Source: Nitrospirota bacterium (lineage in GTDB: Bacteria; Nitrospirota; UBA9217). Taken from it: a DNA stretch of 64,000 nucleotides. The DNA lies in assembly GCA_963845065.1 (NCBI GenBank), contig CAWJQQ010000009.1, positions 960,001 through 1,024,000 on the forward strand. Reading direction: 5' to 3'. The notes under the pieces were generated by a model. It saw only the letters and a list, made by a program, of their open reading frames with translations, was not told the origin of the DNA and ran no database searches. Shown here one piece after another: positions 20,161-28,837 of this stretch; the stretch's first letter is position 1; each line of letters opens with the position of its first letter. Position numbers and translations under genes: made by a program.

Positions 20161-20588
20161 TCGTGAGCTGCCACTGTCCCGCCCTGTATCCGTAGGAAAC
20201 AATGTCCTCAATGCCTTCAAAATCAAGCTCATAGACAGTATTACTGTTTCTTCTAGAGTCAATAAGGAGCAATATTTCCCGTACTCCCGCTGTCCTGAGA
20301 GTTGCCTGAACTATGAACGCTCTTTCTCCAATAGCACAACACCATCCTGCCACTAGGTTTCGATGGTGAACAATTTGTTGCAAAGGCAGCAACTGCACTA
20401 ATATTATCAAGCCGTTCACCCCTAGTTCATTTTTCCAATGCTTGTTCCCCTCGCCGTACCTTCTCTTAAAAATGGCAAACGGTACTGCCAATTTACGAAG
20501 GTATAATTCTTGCTTTATGATTAGGTGTAGGGTAAAAGGCGTACAAATTATTACTCCTGTTCTTTACAAGAAATTGCAAGTGGGGCAA
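20138..20588 (+). repeat. Duplicated ~450-bp non-coding regulatory module, copy 2
   Basis: Reverse complement aligns to 2648-3087; overlaps the last codons of asnB1. Confidence 0.9.
20499..20514 (+). promoter_or_regulatory. Putative sigma-54 promoter for the dockerin adhesin gene
   Basis: AGGTATAATTCTTGCT = GG-N10-GC; the GGTATAATTCTTGCT core is identical to copy 1. Confidence 0.65.
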
Positions 20589-20882
20589 GCACATACTCGT
20601 GTGGTCACCGGTTGAACATCATGAAGAAGTACATCTGCATGTTCATGTCGTCGCGGTGCGGAGCTTCTTTACCGGCAGACGAAACGAAGCGAAATGCACG
20701 GTATTTAGCCCACTGGAGATGACATTGAGGGGCATGAGATGTGGCCAGCGCTATGGAGTGCCAATAAAACGGGGTAGTTTCAGATAGGTTTGACTTCCTA
20801 CGGGATTAATTCATCATAAACAGATCGCCATGATATATCGTTACGAAATAGAACCATACGAAAAGATGAAAGGAGTTTAGAT

Positions 20883-23800
20883 ATGATACGTGAGAGCCGG
20901 ATTATCACGAGATTAATGAGGGGGAAATTGCCGTACCTGACTGCCTGCTTGGCCGTTGTGGGAGCATTGATGCTCGCGGGTACGAGCTTCGGCGCTTGGA
21001 TCGCCGACAGTACCTTTAATCCTACTGTGACTTGCCCTAATACGCCCGATCCCACGGAATGTGTGGAGAAAGTTTTGGAACTACCGAATGGACAAGTCCT
21101 CATAGGCGGATTCATTGGGCAGGTTGGCACTCAGACCGTTACTTTTATTGCGCGTTTGAATGCCAACGGTACTCTTGACACCAGTTTCATGCCTTCTCTT
21201 GATAATTCGGTCGAGTCGATTGTCACAGACTCAACCGGATCAATCATCATAGGAGGACATTTTACGCAGGTGAACGGCACCACGAGGCTCGGCATTGCGC
21301 GTCTGAACGCGAACGGAGCTGTTGACCTGAACTTTAATCCGAGGCTTAATAATTGCGACCCGGCCGAAACGAATACCGCGGCAGTGACCGCACTTGCGCT
21401 TCAAAATGATGGCAATTTGCTAGTAGGAGGCACTTTCAAAAATGTGAACATAACTACCTGCCCGACATATTCACTGGCAACTGGGGTTACCGATACCAGC
21501 CTAAGACCTTTTTTCGTTAGACTGCTAACAGCCGGCACCGGCACAGGCGCTGTTGATACGAACTTTAACCCCAATATGAGCAGCACCGTTACCTCGATCA
21601 CTCCGCTGGATACAGGTTCATACGCTTCCAATAAGCAGATTTTGGTAGGTGGGGTTTTTTACAAAACGAATTGTTCATATTGCGGCTCCGTTAGCAGTTC
21701 AGGAAGTTATACTACGACTACGGCGGACCTCTCTTATGGGCCAACGGTAACCGAGCCAGCCTGTCTTGATAATGATGCGCCGGCAACCTTGGTCGATTAT
21801 GGGCAGTGCCTTTCCAATAACTCATCAAACAACCCTGAAAACTACCCTCCAATCAATACGAAAGATTTCAGCTATATCTTATTCGTAAGCGAGAGCACCG
21901 GAGCGCAGGTCGGGAGCTTCAACTCTCAAAGAATCGTTGGCGAGGATCTCGTCAACTCCGTGGTTTTACAGTCAGACGGAACAGTCGTTGTTGGGGGCAA
22001 TGTAGAAAGTCTGACTTCAGGCCAGCCTTACCTTCAGCGAATGCTATCGGACGGATCCATCGACAGTTCTTGGAATCCGAACGTCAATGGACCTGTAAGT
22101 GCCGTTTTCTCGTCGCCGTCGAACACTCAGCTCATCAGCGGTGGCACTTTTTCCACGGTAAACGGTCTAACGTTCAATAACGTTGCATTGTTTACCTCAC
22201 CCAGCGGCAGTTTGGATCCGACATTTAATCCGAACACGAACGGATTGGTTGAATCCATCTCTTCGTCGCCATCAGGCACTAATATTATCATCGGCGGCGG
22301 TTTTACTCAGGTTGGTACCTTAGCGCGCTCCTATATCGCTCGGCTTTATAATGACGGTAAAACGACGACGTCAACATCGATTCTCGCACCGATATCTACA
22401 TACGGCTCCGGCACCGTGACGGTGACTGTCACCGGGGCCCCAGGGACGCCGACGGGCAGCGTGGGGTTGAGCATCGACAGTGGACCGACAACGTCACTTA
22501 CCCTGAATGGTAGCGGCAGCGCCCTATTCTCAACTGCGACGGTCTCGGCGGGGAACCATTCGTTGGCCGCGACGTACGGAGCGACGTCTACATACGAAAC
22601 AAGTTTTGCTACCGGCTCCCTGACCGTGCTCCCAGCAACACTCTTAGTGACGGCAAACAGCGTAAGCAGACCGTACCTTACTCCTAATCCTGCATTAACC
22701 GAGTCGTACACCGGGTTTGTGAACGGCCAGACCGTATCTTCTGCATTGAGCGGTTCGCCGACTCTGACAACAACGGCACTTTTATCGAGTTTGACAGGGA
22801 CCTATCCCATCATCATAACTGCTGGCACTGGCACTGGCAGCCTTACTGCCGTGAATTACGGATTCAATTTTGTCAATGGCGTGCTAACAATAACTGCTGC
22901 AACGTCATCAATAAGCGTCATATCATCGTCACTCACATCCACATACGGAAGCTCGGTCACCTTTACGGCAATGGTCAACTCCACCGCGACCGGCTCGGTA
23001 ACATTCAAGGACGGAGGGACAACGCTTGGCGTAGGGATAGTGTCCAGCGGCACGGCCACTTACAGCACATCTCTCCTCAGCGCTGGCACGCATACGATAA
23101 CGGCGGTCTACGGCGGTGATACGGACTTTGCGGGATCAACGTCAAGCGCCATTATTCAGACCGTAAACAAGATGTCGACGACATCGAGTGTGATATCTTC
23201 GTCGCCCTCGTCGTCATACGGAAATTCGGTTACATTTACGGCCACGGTTGTTGGCATTGGTGCGACCGGCACAGTAACGTTTAAGGACGGGGTTACCTCC
23301 CTTGGCACGGGGACGCTCACTGCCGGCACGGCCATCTACAGCACATCCCTCCTCAGCGCTGGCACGCATACGATAACGGTGGTATACAGCGGTGATACGA
23401 ACTTTGCAACATCAACATCAATTCCCATTCCTCAGAGCGTAGGTCAACTTACGTCAACAACGATTATTACATCGCCCACCAGTGGTACATCGGCGAACTA
23501 CGGCACTTTAGTGACTTTCACGGCCTCGGTCACGTCAGGCGCAACCGGCACGGTGACATTTTATGATGGCGGATCACCCATTGGAACAGGCACCCTGTTA
23601 AGCGGAATAGCCTCTTTCAGCACGAGTTCTCTGGGCGTTGCGACAAGCCCACACAGTATTACAGCGTCGTATGGCGGTGATACGAACTATAGCGGATCAA
23701 CGACTTCATCGTCTGTTGCCGTGTTGATCTTAAGGACTTCAACGGTAACGGGCATTAGCGACAACAATATCCAGTCGTCAGGCCTCAACCAAAATGTGAC

Positions 23801-26045
23801 CTTCACAGCAACAGTAGTCAGCACCACCAGCGGTATTCCTACCGGTACCGTGCAGTTCTATGACGGCTCAAGCGGATTAGGATCGCCGGTAACCCTTTCC
23901 TCCAGCGGGACGGCTACCTTTGTTTATGCATTTGTTTCAACTGGTACCCACACAATAACAGCGACGTACAGTGGAGATCCGAACTTCAACTTATCATCTA
24001 CGGTGACGCCTCTTGTTCAGAATGTGGCGCTTAACATTACGACGACGACTATATCCTTAATTACGGGCTCGAACCCGTCAGCTTACGGTACACTCCTGAC
24101 CTTCTCGTCATCGGTCACTAGCACGGGCGGCACGCCGACTGGTACAGTGACTTTCAAGGACAATGGTTCAACAATTATCGGTACGAGTACGTTGACCAGC
24201 GGTATTGCCACTCTCAGCACAAGCACTCTGGGAGGCGGCTCGAATTCAATAACGGCAACATACAGTGGTGACGTCAACTATGGTGGGTCGGTATCGTCCC
24301 CGGCGCTCTCCCAGACTGTGAACCCAGCATCACAGTCAATCACATTTGGCGCTTTAGCACCACAAACGTATGCCAACAACGGCACAGTTGTACTCGGGGC
24401 TACTGATAGTTCCGGCTTGGCAATAAGTTATGCGAGTTCGAATCCCGGCGTGGCTACGGTAAGCGGCAATATTGTTACCATTGTGAGCGCCGGATCTACG
24501 ACCATTACAGCATCACAATCGGGAAACAGTAACTACATCGCCGCGGCAAATGTGTCGCAGCTTCTGACCGTGAACCAGGCTCCACAGACGATTCCATTTG
24601 GCGCTTTGACAGCACAAACGTATGGCAACGGTACAATTGCACTTCCGGCTACTGCTAGTTCCGGCCTGACAGTAAGTTACGGGAGTTCAAATTCCGGCGT
24701 GGCTACGGTAAGCGGCAATATTGTTACCATTGTGAGTGTAGGAACAACGACAATCACCGCTTCACAGGCTGGAAATGTAGACTACACTGCCGCGCCACTC
24801 GTGTTGCAGCCTCTGACGGTGAACAAGGCAACACTCACGGTGACGGCGAATAACTTGAACAGGCCATATCTTGTTTCCAACCCGACGTTAACTTGGACGT
24901 ACGGCGGGTTTGTTAATATCGATACGGCAGCGGTGCTGAGTGGTTCTCCGGCGCTTTCAACCACGGCAACGACTTCGAGCCCGCAAGGAGCTTATCCCAT
25001 CACCATAACTCAAGGTAATCTTTCTGCGACCAATTACACCTTCAGCTTCGTGAACGGTACGCTGACGGTAGGGCTCATGCCGCAGTCCATTATCTTCAGT
25101 CCCTTGGCGGCAGTGACCTACGGCAACGCTGATTTTTCGCCCGGTGCAGCGGCGAGTTCCGGTTTGCCGGTATCTTACGCCAGCTCGAATACCGCAGTGG
25201 CGACGGTCATAGGTAGCAATATACATATCGTGGGAGCAGGGGCCACCACGATTACTGCATCACAGCCAGGGGACGGCAGCACCTACGGTGTGGCGACCCC
25301 GGTGTTACAGTCCCTTACCGTAAACCCAGCAGCGCTTATAGTAACGGCAAACAATGCGAGCAGGGCGTACAACGCTGCCAACCCGACATTCACTGCAAGT
25401 TATAGCGGATTTGTGAACAGCGATACTAGCGCAGTGGTTACCGGTACCCCGGTATTTACGACAACGGCGACAGCCGCGAGTCAACCAGGGCCTTATCCCA
25501 TCAATGTGTCTATCGGTACTCTTACAGCGGCGAATTACACCTTCAGCAGCTTTGTACCTGGTACGTTGACGGTGGGCCTCCAAGCGCAGTCCATTACATT
25601 CGGTCCATTGGTAGGAGATGCCGTAGGTGACGCTGATTTTGCGCCCGGGGCTGTGGCAAGCTCAGGCTTGACGGTATCGTACATCAGCTCGAACACATCA
25701 GTGGCGACAATCGTAAATAATAACATCCATATCGTAGGTGCGGGAACGACAACGATTACCGCATCGCAGGCGGGAAACAGCGACTACGGCGCCGCAACCT
25801 CCATGCAACAGACTCTTAATGTCAACATAGCCGACGGTACTATCAGTGGTACTGGCACCGTGAGTGTTACCGACGCGCTTGAGGCTCTCCGGATTGCAGC
25901 GGGGATTGATACGCCGACTCAAACGGATCTCGAACATCTGGACGTGGCGCCGCTGGTAAATGGTCAACGTCATCCGGATGGCAAGATCGACATTTCAGAC
26001 GTAGTGGTGATCCTGAGAAAGGCAGCGGGGCTGCCAAGCTGGTAA
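20883..26045 (+). CDS. Giant secreted adhesin-like protein: delta-60-type propeller repeats, Big_3-like, MBG-like and Ig repeats, C-terminal dockerin-like domain
   Basis: Signal peptide; repeats of ARLNANGxxDxxFnP...QxDGxxxVGG; three TVTANxxxRxYxxxNP...GFVN (MBG-like) units; four QxIxF...SSGLxVSYxSSN units. C-terminus VSVTDALEALRIAAG...DVAPLVNGQRHPDGKIDISDVVVILRKAAGL. Confidence 0.85.
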   Translation: MIRESRIITRLMRGKLPYLTACLAVVGALMLAGTSFGAWIADSTFNPTVTCPNTPDPTECVEKVLELPNGQVLIGGFIGQVGTQTVTFIARLNANGTLDTSFMPSLDNSVESIVTDSTGSIIIGGHFTQVNGTTRLGIARLNANGAVDLNFNPRLNNCDPAETNTAAVTALALQNDGNLLVGGTFKNVNITTCPTYSLATGVTDTSLRPFFVRLLTAGTGTGAVDTNFNPNMSSTVTSITPLDTGSYASNKQILVGGVFYKTNCSYCGSVSSSGSYTTTTADLSYGPTVTEPACLDNDAPATLVDYGQCLSNNSSNNPENYPPINTKDFSYILFVSESTGAQVGSFNSQRIVGEDLVNSVVLQSDGTVVVGGNVESLTSGQPYLQRMLSDGSIDSSWNPNVNGPVSAVFSSPSNTQLISGGTFSTVNGLTFNNVALFTSPSGSLDPTFNPNTNGLVESISSSPSGTNIIIGGGFTQVGTLARSYIARLYNDGKTTTSTSILAPISTYGSGTVTVTVTGAPGTPTGSVGLSIDSGPTTSLTLNGSGSALFSTATVSAGNHSLAATYGATSTYETSFATGSLTVLPATLLVTANSVSRPYLTPNPALTESYTGFVNGQTVSSALSGSPTLTTTALLSSLTGTYPIIITAGTGTGSLTAVNYGFNFVNGVLTITAATSSISVISSSLTSTYGSSVTFTAMVNSTATGSVTFKDGGTTLGVGIVSSGTATYSTSLLSAGTHTITAVYGGDTDFAGSTSSAIIQTVNKMSTTSSVISSSPSSSYGNSVTFTATVVGIGATGTVTFKDGVTSLGTGTLTAGTAIYSTSLLSAGTHTITVVYSGDTNFATSTSIPIPQSVGQLTSTTIITSPTSGTSANYGTLVTFTASVTSGATGTVTFYDGGSPIGTGTLLSGIASFSTSSLGVATSPHSITASYGGDTNYSGSTTSSSVAVLILRTSTVTGISDNNIQSSGLNQNVTFTATVVSTTSGIPTGTVQFYDGSSGLGSPVTLSSSGTATFVYAFVSTGTHTITATYSGDPNFNLSSTVTPLVQNVALNITTTTISLITGSNPSAYGTLLTFSSSVTSTGGTPTGTVTFKDNGSTIIGTSTLTSGIATLSTSTLGGGSNSITATYSGDVNYGGSVSSPALSQTVNPASQSITFGALAPQTYANNGTVVLGATDSSGLAISYASSNPGVATVSGNIVTIVSAGSTTITASQSGNSNYIAAANVSQLLTVNQAPQTIPFGALTAQTYGNGTIALPATASSGLTVSYGSSNSGVATVSGNIVTIVSVGTTTITASQAGNVDYTAAPLVLQPLTVNKATLTVTANNLNRPYLVSNPTLTWTYGGFVNIDTAAVLSGSPALSTTATTSSPQGAYPITITQGNLSATNYTFSFVNGTLTVGLMPQSIIFSPLAAVTYGNADFSPGAAASSGLPVSYASSNTAVATVIGSNIHIVGAGATTITASQPGDGSTYGVATPVLQSLTVNPAALIVTANNASRAYNAANPTFTASYSGFVNSDTSAVVTGTPVFTTTATAASQPGPYPINVSIGTLTAANYTFSSFVPGTLTVGLQAQSITFGPLVGDAVGDADFAPGAVASSGLTVSYISSNTSVATIVNNNIHIVGAGTTTITASQAGNSDYGAATSMQQTLNVNIADGTISGTGTVSVTDALEALRIAAGIDTPTQTDLEHLDVAPLVNGQRHPDGKIDISDVVVILRKAAGLPSW

Positions 26046-26056
26046 TGCGAAACTCA

Positions 26057-26113
26057 CTGATGGGGTCACAGGATGAGTAGACGCGCGAATCTCTTTTCCT
26101 GTGACCCTATCAG
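26057..26113 (+). other. 17-bp intergenic stem-loop
   Basis: CTGATGGGGTCACAGGA (26057-26073) pairs with TCCTGTGACCCTATCAG (26097-26113) with one G-U; no immediate U-tract. Confidence 0.75.
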
Positions 26114-26179
26114 AAGATGTTTTTTCCCGATATGGAACAACACTCAAAAGTTATGAATAATATTGCTGGAGGATTAAAA

Positions 26180-26734
26180 ATGAAAAAGAAATCCCTGTTG
26201 AATTTGCTCATGCTTGCTGGTGCACTGATAATCCTTCCTTATTGCGGTGGCGGAGGCGGGGGCAATCCTCCTGCTCCTCCCCAGCAGAATACGACGGCGG
26301 TGCTCACCCTATCAACCGCAATCACAGGCACGTTTCCAACTACAACCACGATCAGCGGCTATGATGTCACGATCACGCTGCCCACGGGGGTAACCGTCAA
26401 TGCATCTTCTGATGTCAACAACCCTGCGATTCTGGATGTGTCCCCGACCGTGCTCACTGCAACGGGTTCTGCTTCAGGAGCCATAATCATCGGAACCTAC
26501 ACGCCAGCAACAAGCAGCACGCCGGCCACGGTGACAGTTAATATCGCTAACTACAACGGAATCAGCGCCGGCGCCTTCTGCACGTTAACCTGCAATATCG
26601 CCGCAGGCACGAACCTGAGCGCTTCGAATTTCGTGCAGCCTACGCTCGATAATGCTACGGGCTTCGACACATCGGATTCTACTGTCCCTCTGACCCAGGA
26701 TTTGTCTCTGGCAGAGACAGCGGTTCTCAACTAA
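26180..26734 (+). CDS. Lipoprotein with cohesin-like beta-sandwich
   Basis: GGAGG RBS; MKKK + hydrophobic stretch + C-GGGGGG (atypical lipobox LPYC). Strands ISGYDVTITLPTGV...VTVNIAN...GAFCTLTCNI recall cohesin topology; the fold call is inference. Confidence 0.6.
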   Translation: MKKKSLLNLLMLAGALIILPYCGGGGGGNPPAPPQQNTTAVLTLSTAITGTFPTTTTISGYDVTITLPTGVTVNASSDVNNPAILDVSPTVLTATGSASGAIIIGTYTPATSSTPATVTVNIANYNGISAGAFCTLTCNIAAGTNLSASNFVQPTLDNATGFDTSDSTVPLTQDLSLAETAVLN

Positions 26735-26789
26735 AGATTGTGTATTGCTAGAGGCTGCGTACCGGACATAACAATCGACGAGGATCATC

Positions 26790-28382
26790 ATGGTAAATGC
26801 CATCGTTTCGGAAAAAGCACAGGAAACACCCGGCCATTTAGCGGTCATTCAAGGACACCGCCGAATTACCTATAACGAGCTGGACTCGCAGATTGCACAT
26901 ATGGCAGCGTTTCTTGTTCAGATTGGAATACAAAAAGGCGATCGAATCGGCGTTATTAGTAAAAACTCGGCTGATTACATCACTGCCTACTTCGGCATAC
27001 AGCGGGCTGGAGGCATCCCCGTCGATATCAATTTTCAGGCGTCTGTCAATGAACTTAAGACGATTGTCAATCATTGTGGCATTGCAGCATTGATTGTGGA
27101 AAATAATCATATTGATACAGTCGTCCATGCGGTCGAGCATACGCCGTCAGTCAAGGCCATTGTCGGTATGGAGCGGCGGGCGCGGGGTTTCTCCGCCGTA
27201 CGGAAAAAAATTCCCGCGAATATTCAATATGTCATCCTTGACGATATTATGAAGGGCGAGTATGGGACATGCGTCCTTCCGGAAATGACCGGTCACGATA
27301 TAGCCTCGATCATGTATACATCTGATGGCGCCAGGAAACCAAAAGGGGTGACGCTGTCCTACGACAATATCGAGACCAATGCCCGTTCAATAATGGAGTA
27401 TCTCCGCCTCAGTGACCAGGACAAGATCATGGTTGTGCTTCCCTTGTGCTATTCATACGGGAAATCCCTGCTTATCACACATTTGATGGCAGGAGCCACA
27501 TTGGTGCTCGAGAACGGCTTTCTGCATCCCGATTCAGTACTTGATAAAATGGTGCAGGAGGAAGTTACTGGCTTTGCGGGGGTCCCCTCGACGTTTGCGA
27601 TTCTGCTCAACAGGTCACATTTCAGGGATTATCGCTTTCCGAAACTGCGGTATGTGACCCAGGCAGGCGGGGCGATGCCGCCCCAACACACACGAGAGCT
27701 TGCCGCGCTGTTGCCGGATGCGCGAATCTATATTATGTACGGGCAAAGGGAAGCGACCGCCCAGCTGACCTGCCTGGCGCCCGAAGACCTGATCAATCGG
27801 CTGGGCTCAATCGGAAAAGCCGTGCCGGACGTAGAGATCGAACTGGTGCGCGAGGAGCAAAAAGCGCAGGCTGGAGATGTAAGCGAGGGGGAAATCGTCG
27901 CCAAGGGGAAAAGCATCATGATCGGTTATTGGAACGATCCAGAAGAAACAAACAAGGTGCTGAAGGATGGCAGGCTGTATACCGGCGATATTGGCAAGAT
28001 GGACAAGGACGGCTACATTTATTTTGTCGGTCGGAAGAGCGACAGGATAAACATAGGCGCCCATTGGGTAAGTCCGAAAGAAATAGAAGACGTAATTCAC
28101 GAGATGAGTGAAGTTCATGAGGCCAGCGTTGTCGGGATTCAGGACGACAAGCATGGTGAAGCGATTCGGGCAGTCGTGGTTGTAAAAGAGGGGTATACAC
28201 TGGACGCGCATAAGGTTCAGAGATACTGCGGGGAGAAATTGGAGCCATATAAGACGCCGAAAGAAGTCTTTTTTGTCGATTCCCTGCCAAAATCAACCAG
28301 CGGGAAAGTCATGAGATACATACTCAAAAGCAGGCTTGCGATCACCTCAGCTAATGTTTTAACAAGGGCGGCCATCTTATGA
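26790..28382 (+). CDS. Acyl-CoA/AMP ligase paralog with degenerate ATP-binding motifs
   Basis: Highly similar to 28838-30406, but P-loop reads YTSDGARKPKG and the downstream motif YGQRE; the terminal Lys (SGK) is retained. Confidence 0.85.
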   Translation: MVNAIVSEKAQETPGHLAVIQGHRRITYNELDSQIAHMAAFLVQIGIQKGDRIGVISKNSADYITAYFGIQRAGGIPVDINFQASVNELKTIVNHCGIAALIVENNHIDTVVHAVEHTPSVKAIVGMERRARGFSAVRKKIPANIQYVILDDIMKGEYGTCVLPEMTGHDIASIMYTSDGARKPKGVTLSYDNIETNARSIMEYLRLSDQDKIMVVLPLCYSYGKSLLITHLMAGATLVLENGFLHPDSVLDKMVQEEVTGFAGVPSTFAILLNRSHFRDYRFPKLRYVTQAGGAMPPQHTRELAALLPDARIYIMYGQREATAQLTCLAPEDLINRLGSIGKAVPDVEIELVREEQKAQAGDVSEGEIVAKGKSIMIGYWNDPEETNKVLKDGRLYTGDIGKMDKDGYIYFVGRKSDRINIGAHWVSPKEIEDVIHEMSEVHEASVVGIQDDKHGEAIRAVVVVKEGYTLDAHKVQRYCGEKLEPYKTPKEVFFVDSLPKSTSGKVMRYILKSRLAITSANVLTRAAIL

Positions 28383-28533
28383 AGATCAGTTTTTTCTTGG
28401 CTCGTGCTAAAACCTTCTCGACCTCAAATGTAACGTTCTTTTACCGCCGCCGAATAAGGGCGGTCATACAATACTGATCAAAAAACCTCTTGCAAGATAA
28501 AAAACATAAGGTACTCACGATGGGGGTAACGTT

Positions 28534-28830
28534 ATGAACATAAAATCTGAAATCAGGAAATACATTATTGAGAACTTCCTATATGGTAATGACGACAACA
28601 CGCTTAACGATGATGTCTCGTTTCTGGAAAACGGGATCATTGACTCGACGGGAGTGCTCGAGTTAGTCTCCTTTGTACAGGAGGCCTTCGGTATCAAAGT
28701 GAAGGACGATGAACTCATCCCCAACAACTTCGATTCCTTGAGCAAACTCGAAGCTTATATAGTAAGTAAGCAGATAAGTGATAAAACACGGGTCGATGCC
28801 GCACAAACCGCAGCTTCCCCGGTTTCCTAG
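28534..28830 (+). CDS. Acyl carrier protein
   Basis: GIIDSTGVLELV phosphopantetheine Ser motif; small acidic protein. Confidence 0.9.
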   Translation: MNIKSEIRKYIIENFLYGNDDNTLNDDVSFLENGIIDSTGVLELVSFVQEAFGIKVKDDELIPNNFDSLSKLEAYIVSKQISDKTRVDAAQTAASPVS

Positions 28831-28837
28831 GCGCGCC

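Noticed and set aside
2648..20588. Invertible 18-kb segment bounded by the inverted modules
   Set aside because: The repeats are diverged with short identical stretches and no recombinase is encoded in the window. Not supported without read evidence.
20589..20882. c-di-GMP (GEMM) riboswitch in the adhesin leader
   Set aside because: I could not find the characteristic paired motifs; an Infernal scan would be needed to exclude it.
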